NCBI GenBank assembly: GCA_965228895.1
Contig: OZ245842.1
Location: 2,976,001-3,040,000, forward strand
DNA: 64,000 bases
Source of the DNA: Alphaproteobacteria bacterium
GTDB lineage: Bacteria; Pseudomonadota; Alphaproteobacteria; SP197
Reading direction: 5' to 3'
Below, one piece after another: positions 1 through 9,907 of the stretch (position 1 is the first letter of the stretch; each line of letters opens with the position of its first letter). Made by a program: the position numbers and the translations under genes. The notes under the pieces were generated by a model. That model ran no database searches. It worked only from the letters and a program-made list of their open reading frames with translations, and was not told where the DNA came from.

Positions 1-1479
1 GTCGGCGACGCGCTGACGCACCTTGCTGCCGCTCGATTCGATGCCGAACTTCTTGATCACCCGTCCGATGCAGTAGCCGACCGAATGGCTGGGATTGAGC
101 GTGCCGTCCGGATTCTGGAACACCATCTGCAAGGCACGGATCAATTTTTGATCGCGTTTGCTGACCGGCACGACGCCGATGTTTTTGCCCTCGAAGTCGA
201 TCGAGCCGGCAGTCGCCGTTTCCAGACCGGTGAGCACCTTGGCGAATGTCGACTTGCCGCAGCCGGACTCGCCGACGATGGCGATCGTCTTGCCCCTCGA
301 AGCGTCGAAGTTGAGCTCCTCGTTCGCCTTCACGTAGCGCACACCCTGGCCGGAGAACAGCGCCTTCAACGAACTATCGCGCTGCTCGTAAAACTTGCTC
401 ATGCCGCGCACATGCAGCACCGGCGCAATATCCTCGCCGGACGCCACCGCCGAGCTCGCGGTTGACGCCACGTGCTCGATTTCGTCCATGCGCAGGCATC
501 GCGCGCGATGGGTTGCACTGCTGTCGATCGTCTCGATGGGGATTTCGCCCTGATCGCAACGACCGGCGGAGAAATACTTACAGCGCGGCCCAAAAGCACA
601 ACCCGGCGGACGTTCGTGGGGCAGCGATACCTGACCGGGAATCGGTTCCAGCATGCGCGCGTGTTTGTCGGCACTGAGGGTCGGAATGCAGTCGAAGAGA
701 CCGAACGTGTAAGGATGTTTGGTCTTCTTGAACAACTCGTCGATCGTGCCCTCTTCGACCATCTGTCCGGAGTACATGACACCGACGCGGTCGCACACCT
801 TCACGATCAGGCCCAGGTTGTGGGAGATGTAGAGCAGCGTTGTGTTGAACTTCTCCCGCAATGCCGCGATCAAATCGATTACCGTGGCCTCGACCGTCAC
901 GTCAAGCGCGGTCGTCGGCTCGTCGAGCAGCAGCAGCGACGGGTTCGACAGCATCGCCATCGCGATGACAACTCGCTGTTGCTGTCCGCCCGAAATCTGA
1001 TGCGGATAGCGCGCCATGACCGATGTCGGGTCGGGCATGTTGACGTCGCGCAGCATCTGGACGCAGCGGTCATAGGCCTCCTTGTCGGAGACGCCTTCGT
1101 GGAAAATCAGGACTTCCTTGAGCTGCGTGCCGATGGTGAGGCTCGGATTGAGCGCGCTCATCGGCTCCTGATAGACCATGGCGATCTTCGAACCGCGGAT
1201 ATCGCGCAGCTCCTCTTCCGACATGGTCGCCATGTCGCGACCTTCAAAGCTGACAGATCCGCGGACGATGCCACCGTTGGAGCCCAGATAGTTCATGATC
1301 GCCATGGCGACCGTCGACTTGCCGCACCCGGACTCGCCGACCAGGCCGTAACTTTCACCGCGTTTGAGCGTCAATGAGAAGTCCGGCACAGCCGGAATCT
1401 CTCCGATACGGGTGAAGTAGGAGATCCCGAGATCCTTGATCTCCAGAACGATGTCGTCGCTTGATTGTGTTTCTGACAT
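1..1479 (-). CDS. Peptide/nickel-type ABC transporter ATP-binding protein with two fused ABC domains (runs off the left edge)
   Basis: Not in the ORF track. Read manually from ATG at 1479: MSETQSSDDIVLEIKDLGISYF...GLVGESGCGKST, LSGGQQQR signature, LLDEPTTALD, and a second Walker A (IVGESGCGKST) near 250-285. Confidence 0.93.
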   Translation of the reverse strand, partial: MSETQSSDDIVLEIKDLGISYFTRIGEIPAVPDFSLTLKRGESYGLVGESGCGKSTVAMAIMNYLGSNGGIVRGSVSFEGRDMATMSEEELRDIRGSKIAMVYQEPMSALNPSLTIGTQLKEVLIFHEGVSDKEAYDRCVQMLRDVNMPDPTSVMARYPHQISGGQQQRVVIAMAMLSNPSLLLLDEPTTALDVTVEATVIDLIAALREKFNTTLLYISHNLGLIVKVCDRVGVMYSGQMVEEGTIDELFKKTKHPYTFGLFDCIPTLSADKHARMLEPIPGQVSLPHERPPGCAFGPRCKYFSAGRCDQGEIPIETIDSSATHRARCLRMDEIEHVASTASSAVASGEDIAPVLHVRGMSKFYEQRDSSLKALFSGQGVRYVKANEELNFDASRGKTIAIVGESGCGKSTFAKVLTGLETATAGSIDFEGKNIGVVPVSKRDQKLIRALQMVFQNPDGTLNPSHSVGYCIGRVIKKFGIESSGSKVRQRVAD

Positions 1480-1483
1480 GGCC

Positions 1484-2392
1484 TCAGTCCCTCAGCGAAA
1501 TTTCGCGCAGGCCGTCGGCCAGCAGGTTGAACCCGATCACCAGGCTGGAAATGGCGATAGACGGGAAGATCGCCATGTAGGGATGGGTAATGATCAGAGC
1601 ACGCGACTCCGCGACCATGCCGCCCCAATCGGGATCCGGCGGCGGCAAGCCAAGTCCGAGGAAACCCAGAACGCCGATGGCGATGATCGTATAGCCCATG
1701 CGCAGGCACGCATCGACGATGATCGGTCCGCGTGCGTTGGGCAGCAACTCGACGATCATAATGTAGAAGCTGTTCTCACCACGGATCTGCGCCGCCGAGA
1801 CGTATTCCAGGCTGCGGATATCGAGCACCAGGCCGCGCACAATACGCGCGATCGCCGGCGCCGCCGCCGCTGTCACCGCGACGACCACGTTGATCGCAGA
1901 GGGGCCGAAAGCCGACAGCAGCACGATGAACAGGATGATCAGCGGAAACGACAGGATGATGTTGACGACCCAGCTGACCAGACCGTCGATCCAGCCGCCG
2001 AAGTAGCCCGACAGCACGCCAAGCGCGATGCCGACGATATAGGCAACGACCATCGCCAGCGGTGCGACGGACAAGATGCGCTGCGCGCCATAAAAAATGC
2101 GCGACAGGATGTCACGACCGCTCAGGTCCGTGCCCAGCAAATGGGCGCCCGACGGCCCCTGCATGATCGCCAGGTAGTCGGCCTCGTTGGGATCATAGGG
2201 TGCGAGTACCGGCGCAAAGATCGCGATGATCACCCAGAACAGGACGATGCCGACGCCAACCATGGCGGCCCATGATTCGCGCAGCAGGCCGATATTGTAG
2301 AAGAGCTTCGCGAACCCCTGGCGATCGGGCTGCTCGGAGCTTTTCGGTGCACCCGCCGTGGGTGCCGCCTGATCTTGTGCTTGATCTGTCAT
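1484..2392 (-). CDS. dppC: ABC transporter permease, DppC/OppC family
   Basis: HLLGTDLSGRDILSR, EAA-like loop and LGFLGLGLPPPDPDWG motifs; start placed at MTDQAQ after GAGGGG. Confidence 0.9.
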   Translation of the reverse strand: MTDQAQDQAAPTAGAPKSSEQPDRQGFAKLFYNIGLLRESWAAMVGVGIVLFWVIIAIFAPVLAPYDPNEADYLAIMQGPSGAHLLGTDLSGRDILSRIFYGAQRILSVAPLAMVVAYIVGIALGVLSGYFGGWIDGLVSWVVNIILSFPLIILFIVLLSAFGPSAINVVVAVTAAAAPAIARIVRGLVLDIRSLEYVSAAQIRGENSFYIMIVELLPNARGPIIVDACLRMGYTIIAIGVLGFLGLGLPPPDPDWGGMVAESRALIITHPYMAIFPSIAISSLVIGFNLLADGLREISLRD

Positions 2393-2402
2393 GGCCGCCC
2401 CC

Positions 2403-3416
2403 TCACGTAAACCGGATACGCGGATTGATGTACATGTACCCGACATCGCCGATCAGCTGCGTCGTCACCGCAATGAAGACAGCGATCAGTGTCGCCGCCT
2501 CAACCAGCGTGACGTCGCCAAACAAGGCGGCCTCGAGAATCATCCGTCCGAACCCCGGATAACCGAACGCCACCTCGGTGACGACAACACCTGAAATCAG
2601 GAACGGGATCTGCAGCAGGATGACGGTGAACGGCGTGATCAACGCATTACGCAGCGCATGACGCAGGATCACCGTCTTATAGGGCAAACCCTTCAGGATT
2701 GCCGTGCGGATGTAAGGTTTGGTCATCACCTCGACCATGGAGCCGCGCACCATGCGCGCGACATACCCGAAGTCGTAGAGCACGAGCACGGCGACCGGCA
2801 GCACCATTTGCGATGCCCACGACCACTCGTCGAAACTCTGCATGCCGCTTGTACCGGGCAAAATGGTCAGCCAGGCAACAAAAATTGCCATCAGGAAAGT
2901 CGCCGAGGCGAACTCCGGTATCGATGTCAACGTTATGCCCGAATAGGACAAACTTCGGTCGAGTATGCTGCCTTCGCGCATACCCGACAGCACGCCGAAC
3001 ACAAGGGACAGTGGCACGATGATCGCAAATGCAATGCCCGCCAGGACCAGGGTGTTGCCCAAACGGTCCCAGATGATGTCGTTGACCGGCGCCTTATAAA
3101 GTGTCGAGTAACCGAAGTTGCCGATGTACTGCTTGCCGCGCGGGTCGGTGAAGTTGAGACCGAGATCGGGGTTTTGCAGCGGATCTTCGATCACACCGGT
3201 CAACACGCCCATCCACCGGGCGTAGCGCACCAACAGCGGATCACCCAGGCTCAGCTTCTCGTAGAGAATGTCTTTTTGCGCCTGGGTCGCGAAGGGTCCC
3301 AATGTCTTGCTCGCGACGTTGCCCGGCGAAAACTCGTAAAGCGCAAAAACCAGGAATGATGCGACGATCATCGTCACCAGCATCATGCCGAGCCGCCTTA
3401 AGAAAAAAAACAGCAT
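2403..3416 (-). CDS. dppB: ABC transporter permease, DppB/OppB family
   Basis: GNFGYS, YIRTAILKGL...RHALRNAL, VVTEVAFGYPGFG and YINPRIR motifs. Confidence 0.92.
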   Translation of the reverse strand: MLFFFLRRLGMMLVTMIVASFLVFALYEFSPGNVASKTLGPFATQAQKDILYEKLSLGDPLLVRYARWMGVLTGVIEDPLQNPDLGLNFTDPRGKQYIGNFGYSTLYKAPVNDIIWDRLGNTLVLAGIAFAIIVPLSLVFGVLSGMREGSILDRSLSYSGITLTSIPEFASATFLMAIFVAWLTILPGTSGMQSFDEWSWASQMVLPVAVLVLYDFGYVARMVRGSMVEVMTKPYIRTAILKGLPYKTVILRHALRNALITPFTVILLQIPFLISGVVVTEVAFGYPGFGRMILEAALFGDVTLVEAATLIAVFIAVTTQLIGDVGYMYINPRIRFT

Positions 3417-3638
3417 TGCCCCTGCCCCAGTCGCCCATAGAACCCGCCCGTCTTCGTCGGCTTCTGCCGATCTTGCGGGCTAGGTTGGCGGGCATTTTGG
3501 GGACCACGCCCGGCCTTGTCCATAGCATCACCGGCAAATTCTGTTCCAAATCGACCGCTTGCACCCATCGTGACATCGCCCGTTGGCCATCGGTTACAGC
3601 CATTGCACAATGCGGTGCCAGCAACCTTGGGAGCGATC

Positions 3639-4301
3639 ATGGAGAAACCACAATCGGTCGCAGAATTGACCGAACTGGGCCGAATTCGGCTCTCTGAACA
3701 CTTTTTCATGCGCGAAATGCTCTATAGCGAGGTCGCCAACCATCATGGCGTACCGAACGTGCCGGATGATCCCGACACCGCGATCGCGGCAGGCAGAAAG
3801 TTGTGTGAAGAAATTTTGGAGCCGCTCTATCGCGCGTTCGGGCACGTGACGATCAGAAGCGCCTTTCGCAGCCGCGACCTCAATGGGTTTTGTCACGAAA
3901 AGCACATGGAACTTCTCGCGCGCGGCGAAGCCGACCACGCCTACTACTGCGCCAACAACGACTATAACCGGGCGCGACACGGCTGGGACCAGCGCGATGG
4001 CGACGGCTACGTGGGCGCGACGGTCTCAGCCGTCATCCCATGGTATCTGCCACGCTTCGAGGAAACCGGCGATCCGCGTCCGCTGGCCTGGTGGATCAAG
4101 GATCACATCCCGGCCTACGCGCAGGTCATGTTCTTTCCCTGGATGTGCGCCTTCAACATCCGTTGGTACGAGGGGCCGAGTACGAAACCGATCCAGATCG
4201 ACGACGGCGGGCCCGGCGACCTCGAACTCTTGACTGACACGTCGATGGAGAACTTCGACGCTGATCACAGCGCGCTTTATGAAGGTTTTCCGACACCGTA
4301 A
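3639..4301 (+). CDS. Conserved hypothetical protein, divergent peptidase M15-like fold
   Basis: RLSEHFFMREMLYSE...LEPL...IRSAFRS resembles M15_3 N-terminal motifs; ATG at 3639 preceded by GGGAG. Confidence 0.6.
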   Translation: MEKPQSVAELTELGRIRLSEHFFMREMLYSEVANHHGVPNVPDDPDTAIAAGRKLCEEILEPLYRAFGHVTIRSAFRSRDLNGFCHEKHMELLARGEADHAYYCANNDYNRARHGWDQRDGDGYVGATVSAVIPWYLPRFEETGDPRPLAWWIKDHIPAYAQVMFFPWMCAFNIRWYEGPSTKPIQIDDGGPGDLELLTDTSMENFDADHSALYEGFPTP

Positions 4302-4304
4302 ACG

Positions 4305-6290
4305 TTAGATCTCCAGCGCCAATTTCCGACCTTCGTAGATCGCGGCGGCGGCTTTGCGCGGCGCGAGACTGTCGCCGATGTTGTGGAGCGCGAAACCGTC
4401 ATCGCCTTCGAGTGCGTCGAACAGGTCGCGGACTGGCACGTTCACGGTTGCCGTCACCAGCGTATCGAAGTCGCGCTGAACGACGGCATCATCCAACGTG
4501 AACAGAAGCGATGCCGTGTTGCCGTCCCATGACAGCAAGGCGGTCTCTGTCAGGCATGTCACCTTCAGCTCCCCGAGACGCTTGATCAGCGGCGGCGCGG
4601 CGGCGCTGTTGACCAGTTCGGCGCCGACCACCGGGTGGCGCGTGACGATAGTGACGTCGTGCCCCTGCTCGGCGAGTTTGAGCGCGGTGCCCGCGCCGGG
4701 CCATTGACCGAGATCGTCGAGCACCAGCACACGTTTGCCGCACTCAGCGCTTTCGTCGAGCACATCCTCGATGGCGAAGACGTTGGTCTGGTCGACGCCA
4801 GGCAGGCGGTCTCGGAAAGGCAGGGAACGCTGATAACCGTCACGCGCGGGTAGCGATCCCGTGGCGTTGATGACCGCGTTCCATTCACCATCTCTGACCG
4901 CGTCTGGCGTCATGGTGACGTCACGCCGCACCTCGACCTGCAACTGCGTGAGTTGGGTCTCGTACCAGGCGATGAGATCATCGATGACATGACGGCGCGG
5001 CTGGCGCGCGGCGAGCCGAAACCGGCCACCGAGGTGTTCGGATTTCTCGGCCAGCGTCACCTGATGACCGCGCTCGGCCGCGACACGCGCGGCCTCCAGT
5101 CCCGCCGGTCCGCCACCGATAACCAGCACGCGTTTCGGTTTATCGGCGGGCGTAATGCGGTCGCCCTGCCACTGCCATTCGCGTCCGGCCGACGGGTTGA
5201 CCAGGCAGGAGATCCAGTAGTCGCGCGCGCGACGGCCCCAACACAGTTGATTGCAGGAAATGCATGGGCGAACGTCGGCCGCCCGGCCCTCGCGCGCCTT
5301 GTTGGCCAAATGAGGGTCGGCGATCTGGCCACGCACAATCGACACCAAATCGGCCTGACCGCTGGCGATGACCTGCTCGGCGTTCGCTGGCGTGCGGACA
5401 TGGCTTTCGGCCTGTACCATCGCGTTACGGCAGACCTTGCGGATCTCCGCGGCAAGCGGCGGCCCCTTCATCTCGTCATACATGAAGGTCGGGATGATCT
5501 CGGCGAAGTTATAGAAGCTGCCGGTGCCGACGGAGACGTAATCCATCAGCCCGCGTTCATCGTGCCAGGCGACGATCTCCTGCACCGCCTCCAACGGCAG
5601 GCCGGTCTTGGTCAGGTCGTCGCCGGAAACCGAAAGGCCGATGACATGGTCGTCGCCGCAGGCCTTGCGCACGCGTTCCAGGATGGTTGCCGTAAACCGG
5701 CAGCGGTTCTCCAGCGACCCGCCCCAGCGGTCGTCGCGGCGGTTGGTGATCGGCGACCAGAACTGATCGGCCAGACAATTATACGCGGCCAGCAGATCGT
5801 TACCGTCGAAACCCGAGCGCTTCGAGCGTTCGGCGGCGGCGACATAGCCCTCGATGACGTCGCCGATCTCGGCCTCCGTCATCGCGTGACTGCCGTCAGC
5901 GTCCTTGAGCGACGCCAGGCCAGAAGGCGACCAGTTGGCGTGCCAGGAATTGTCGAAGTCGGCGTGTTGGCCGGAATGATTGAGTTGCTGGATCATCACC
6001 GTACCGTGCTCGTGACACGCCTCGGTGATGGCCGTGAGACCGGGGATGACATCGTCGCTGATGGCGAAACGCCCGCGGGTCAGTGCGCCAGAGGGATGGA
6101 CCTGCGCCCCCTCGACGACGATCATGCCGGCGCCGCCCAGGGCGCGCTCGCGGTAATAGGCGAGATGGCGCTGCCCGGGCATGCCGTCATGGCTCATGTT
6201 GGCGAGATGGGGTCCGAAGGTCAGGCGGTTTTTCAGCGTCACGTGGCGCAACTTGAGCGGGGTGAAGAGATGCGGAAAGTCCGTCGTCAT
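4305..6290 (-). CDS. NADH:flavin oxidoreductase (OYE barrel + 4Fe-4S + FAD domain; DgcA/StcD/TMADH-like architecture), paralog 1
   Basis: LFTPLKLRHVTLKNR, RDDRWGGSLENR, CISCNQLC...C Fe-S motif, VIGGGPAGLEAA dinucleotide fold; 661 aa. Confidence 0.88.
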   Translation of the reverse strand: MTTDFPHLFTPLKLRHVTLKNRLTFGPHLANMSHDGMPGQRHLAYYRERALGGAGMIVVEGAQVHPSGALTRGRFAISDDVIPGLTAITEACHEHGTVMIQQLNHSGQHADFDNSWHANWSPSGLASLKDADGSHAMTEAEIGDVIEGYVAAAERSKRSGFDGNDLLAAYNCLADQFWSPITNRRDDRWGGSLENRCRFTATILERVRKACGDDHVIGLSVSGDDLTKTGLPLEAVQEIVAWHDERGLMDYVSVGTGSFYNFAEIIPTFMYDEMKGPPLAAEIRKVCRNAMVQAESHVRTPANAEQVIASGQADLVSIVRGQIADPHLANKAREGRAADVRPCISCNQLCWGRRARDYWISCLVNPSAGREWQWQGDRITPADKPKRVLVIGGGPAGLEAARVAAERGHQVTLAEKSEHLGGRFRLAARQPRRHVIDDLIAWYETQLTQLQVEVRRDVTMTPDAVRDGEWNAVINATGSLPARDGYQRSLPFRDRLPGVDQTNVFAIEDVLDESAECGKRVLVLDDLGQWPGAGTALKLAEQGHDVTIVTRHPVVGAELVNSAAAPPLIKRLGELKVTCLTETALLSWDGNTASLLFTLDDAVVQRDFDTLVTATVNVPVRDLFDALEGDDGFALHNIGDSLAPRKAAAAIYEGRKLALEI

Positions 6291-6301
6291 CGCCGCCTCC
6301 T

Positions 6302-8287
6302 CTAGAGCGCCATACCGACGCGGCGGCCGTCATAGATCGCACCGGCGGCCTTGTGCGGCGCGACGCAATCGCCGACCGCATGGATCTCCAAGCCACTGTC
6401 AGCGAGCACGCGTCCAAGCGCGTCGTTGGCAATCGCCGTCTCCGCGACCAACAGCGTGTCGAAAGGCCGGGTCTCCTCCGCACCACTTGCCAGATGGCGG
6501 ATCGTCGCGCCATCGCCGGTCCAGCGTAACACCACGCTCATGGTGCACATGTCGACACACGCGGTGGCGAGTCCCTTCCGCAAGGCCTTGTCGACGCCCA
6601 TGCGCGCGGCGTCCTGCGCGACCGCACCATCGCGCGTCACCAGCGTCACGTCGTGGCCGGCTTCGGCGAGCTTGAGCGCGGTACCCGCCGCCGGCCAGCC
6701 GCCGATGTCATCGAGCACCAAGACCTCGCGACCCGGCATGATAGTTCCGGCCAGGACATCATTGACCGCGTACACATTGCCGCGCTCGATACCCGGCAGG
6801 CGGTCGACTTCCGGCAGCGCGCGCTGATAGCCGGTGCCAGCGGGGACCGCGCCGGTCGCCAGCACAACAGCGACGGCGCCGCTGGTGCGTACCGCGTCAA
6901 CATCCATCTTTGTTTCGAGCCGCACGTCGACCCCGAGGCGCGCGAGTTCGCGTTCGTACCAGGCGAGATGATCGCGGATCTCGTTTCGCATCGGCTGCTC
7001 ACCGGCAAGCCTGAACTGGCCGCCTAGTTTCTTCTCAGCTTCGGCCAGGATGACGGCATGCCCGCGTTCGGCGGCGACACGCGCCGCTTCCATGCCGGCG
7101 GGGCCACCGCCAACCACCAGGATGGGGCGAGACGTCGCCGCCGGTTCCAACCTGTCACCGCCCCACTCGGTTTCGCGGCCGGTCGACGGGTTGACCAGAC
7201 AGGAGATCCAGTAGTCGCGACGCCGCCGGCCGATGCATTGCTGGTTGCACGAGATGCACGGGCGTATCTCGTCGGCACGCCCCGTGCGCGCCTTTTCGAC
7301 CAGCCAGGGGTCGGCTATCTGACCGCGCACGACCGACACCATGTCGGCGCTGCCGGTAGCCAGGATGCGCTCGGCGTTGTCCGGTGTCTTGACGCGTGCC
7401 TCGCACTGCACGCGTGCGTGTTTGACGACCGCCTTCAGGCGTAAGGCATGGTCCTCGCCGGTCGACGCCTGCTCGAAGGCGGTGGGGATGATGTTAGCGC
7501 CGCCCCAATAGCTGCCGGTGCCGACAGTGACATAGTCGATCAGCGCACGCTCATCGTGCCAGGCGACGGCCTCGGACAAATCGTCGATGGTCTGCACCGA
7601 CCCCGCCTTGGGATCGACCGAAACGGCAAGACCGCAGATGAAATCATCGCCACAGGCCTTGCGAATGCCGTCGTAGATCGCCGTCGAAAAGCGCATGCGG
7701 TTGTCGAAACTCCCGCCCCACTCGTCGCCACGGCGGTTGGTGAAGGGTGACCAGAACTGTTCAAGCAAGGCGCTATACGCCGCCATGATCTCGATGCCGT
7801 CAAAACCCGCCTGTTGGGCGCGGTGCGCCGCCGCGACATGCGCCTCGATCACCTCCTCGATCTCCGGCGCCGTCATAGCGTGGCTGCCGTCGCTGTTGAA
7901 CATGGACGGCAGGCCGGACGGTGACCAGCTTTCGCGGAAGCTGTTATCCCAATCGCCGTGGGCGCCGACATGATAGAGCTGCTGGAGAATGACGGCGCCG
8001 TCGCTCTTCACCTCTTCGGTGATGCGCCGAAACGGCCTGATGATCGCGTCGTCCGATGTCAGGAAGTTGCCACGGGTCAAGACAGCCGTTTCGTGGACCG
8101 GCACCGGTTCGACGACGATCATGGCCGCGCCACCACGCGCGCGTTCGCGGTAGTAACCGAAATGCCGGTCGCCGGGGATGCCCTCCTCGCTCATGTTCGC
8201 GGTGTGCGCGCCAAAGACGACGCGGTTCTTCAGCGTCAGGTGGCGCAAGGTGAGTGGCGCGAAAACATGCGGATAAGGCGTGGTCAT
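6302..8287 (-). CDS. NADH:flavin oxidoreductase (OYE family), paralog 2
   Basis: Start MTTPYPHVF at 8287 aligns with paralog 1; CISCNQQC...C and VVGGGPAGMEAA; 661 aa. Confidence 0.88.
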   Translation of the reverse strand: MTTPYPHVFAPLTLRHLTLKNRVVFGAHTANMSEEGIPGDRHFGYYRERARGGAAMIVVEPVPVHETAVLTRGNFLTSDDAIIRPFRRITEEVKSDGAVILQQLYHVGAHGDWDNSFRESWSPSGLPSMFNSDGSHAMTAPEIEEVIEAHVAAAHRAQQAGFDGIEIMAAYSALLEQFWSPFTNRRGDEWGGSFDNRMRFSTAIYDGIRKACGDDFICGLAVSVDPKAGSVQTIDDLSEAVAWHDERALIDYVTVGTGSYWGGANIIPTAFEQASTGEDHALRLKAVVKHARVQCEARVKTPDNAERILATGSADMVSVVRGQIADPWLVEKARTGRADEIRPCISCNQQCIGRRRRDYWISCLVNPSTGRETEWGGDRLEPAATSRPILVVGGGPAGMEAARVAAERGHAVILAEAEKKLGGQFRLAGEQPMRNEIRDHLAWYERELARLGVDVRLETKMDVDAVRTSGAVAVVLATGAVPAGTGYQRALPEVDRLPGIERGNVYAVNDVLAGTIMPGREVLVLDDIGGWPAAGTALKLAEAGHDVTLVTRDGAVAQDAARMGVDKALRKGLATACVDMCTMSVVLRWTGDGATIRHLASGAEETRPFDTLLVAETAIANDALGRVLADSGLEIHAVGDCVAPHKAAGAIYDGRRVGMAL

Positions 8288-8386
8288 CGACGAAGGCCTA
8301 TCGGGCGTTGTGCGCGAGAGCGTAGACTGCATCGACGCTGCACGGGCAACAAAATCGTCGCCGGACAAGCAGAAGGGATCGATCGC

Positions 8387-9148
8387 ATGCAGCTTGCCCG
8401 CCATTGTCTGAGGGTTCAGGACGCCGCCGCGCTGGCGGCCTTTTATACAGACCTGCTGGGCATGCGTGATCTTGGTCAGGCCGGTTCGCCGGCACTCGGC
8501 TACGATCCCCGACAGTGTCTGCTGGTCTTCGACGAGGCCGACGTTGCGCCCTATGAGGCCGCACCCCACGATTTCTATTGGAAGATCGGCATTACCGTGC
8601 GCGATCTCGACCGGGCGGTCGCCTATCTGCGCGATCAGGGCTGGCCGGTATCCGATCCCCGGCAGTTCCGCGACATCGGCTACATGTGCCACCTGACAGA
8701 CCCGCAAGGCTTCGCCATCGAACTTCTGCAGCAAGGCTTCGAGGGCAACGCATCGCCCGCGGGCGACGGCCACCCGATCGGCGGCCAGGCGACGCTGGCG
8801 CACCTTACCTTCCGCATCACCGACCTGGCCTCCGCGCGCCGGTTCTGTGAAACGCAGCTCGGCATGCGCCTGATGTCGGTGCAGCCCGTGCCCGAACGGG
8901 GCTTTACGCTCTATTTCTATGCCTGGAGCGACGAGGCCTTGCCGGACCCGGACCTGGAAGCGGTCGCCAACCGGGAGTGGCTATGGGCAAGGCCCTATAC
9001 GCTCCTGGAGCTGCAGCACTGGGAAACCGGACTGGAGAGTGTGCGCAAGACGGCACCGGGCGAGGCCGGCTTCACCGCGTTCGGTTATGGCAACCATCGC
9101 GAGCCCGCCACATTGGTGCCGCTCAGTGACATGGACGATTTGCGTTAG
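8387..9148 (+). CDS. VOC/glyoxalase I-like protein with two domains
   Basis: HCLRVQD...FYTDLLGM, DPQGFAIEL, HLTFRITDL...FTLYF, LELQHW. Confidence 0.8.
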   Translation: MQLARHCLRVQDAAALAAFYTDLLGMRDLGQAGSPALGYDPRQCLLVFDEADVAPYEAAPHDFYWKIGITVRDLDRAVAYLRDQGWPVSDPRQFRDIGYMCHLTDPQGFAIELLQQGFEGNASPAGDGHPIGGQATLAHLTFRITDLASARRFCETQLGMRLMSVQPVPERGFTLYFYAWSDEALPDPDLEAVANREWLWARPYTLLELQHWETGLESVRKTAPGEAGFTAFGYGNHREPATLVPLSDMDDLR

Positions 9149-9253
9149 CCGCTCTCAAAGGCCGCCTGTGCGCTGTACCATCATAGCGTCTCGCCAAGAC
9201 GGCCAGCGCGGCTTAACGTGTCGCCGGCTTGCCCAAGAACAAGGTAGTTGACC

Positions 9254-9907
9254 ATGGCATCAACCTCGCCCCTCGCCGAACTGACCGCCGCCACCCACGA
9301 CTGCCTGGAGGCCGCCCGTCTGACGTTCGGCGCGCCGACGGACCAGATCGATCATGCCATCGCCGGCCTCGGTGCCCTCACCATGCCGACAGACGAACCC
9401 GCCGATCACGATGACGAACTGCCCCAGACTGTGGCGCGTCATCTGAAACCCGGCGGCGTCAAGCACGAGCAGGCGAGCGCCCTGCTCGACAAGCTGGCCG
9501 CGGCGGCGGGGCGGCTGCCTTGGAGCCCGGCCTTCTATCCAGAAGACGGCCACCCCGACATTCCGCTTTTCTGGAAGAACTACGCCTTCGCCATGGCTGT
9601 CAGCCACTCGCGCTGGGCCGATCAGGCCATGCTGACGTCAAGCGAGGTCGGCTTGAGCTTCACCGTCCAGGCGCCGCATACGGTCTATCCCGAACACGCG
9701 CACACGGCGGTTGAGCTCTATTACGTGATCTCCGGCAAGGCGCGTTGGAAACGCGGCACCGAGCCATGGGTCATGCGCTATCCAGGCGAGATCATTCTGC
9801 ACACGACCGGCATGCGCCATGCCATGGAAACCGGCGAGGAACCTTTGGTCGCGTTCGCCATGTGGGTATCGCATACCGATGCACCGGTCGTCATCGTCCG
9901 CTCGTAG
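9254..9907 (+). CDS. Cupin, DMSP lyase (DddQ/DddL)-like family
   Basis: YPEHAHTAVELYYVISG and PGEIILH...HAMETGEEPL cupin motifs. Confidence 0.7.
   Translation: MASTSPLAELTAATHDCLEAARLTFGAPTDQIDHAIAGLGALTMPTDEPADHDDELPQTVARHLKPGGVKHEQASALLDKLAAAAGRLPWSPAFYPEDGHPDIPLFWKNYAFAMAVSHSRWADQAMLTSSEVGLSFTVQAPHTVYPEHAHTAVELYYVISGKARWKRGTEPWVMRYPGEIILHTTGMRHAMETGEEPLVAFAMWVSHTDAPVVIVRS

Noticed and set aside
8288-8803. N-terminal extension of the 833-aa OYE ORF and other over-long ORF-track starts
   Set aside because: They overlap real opposite-strand genes; paralog alignment and RBS position support the downstream starts.
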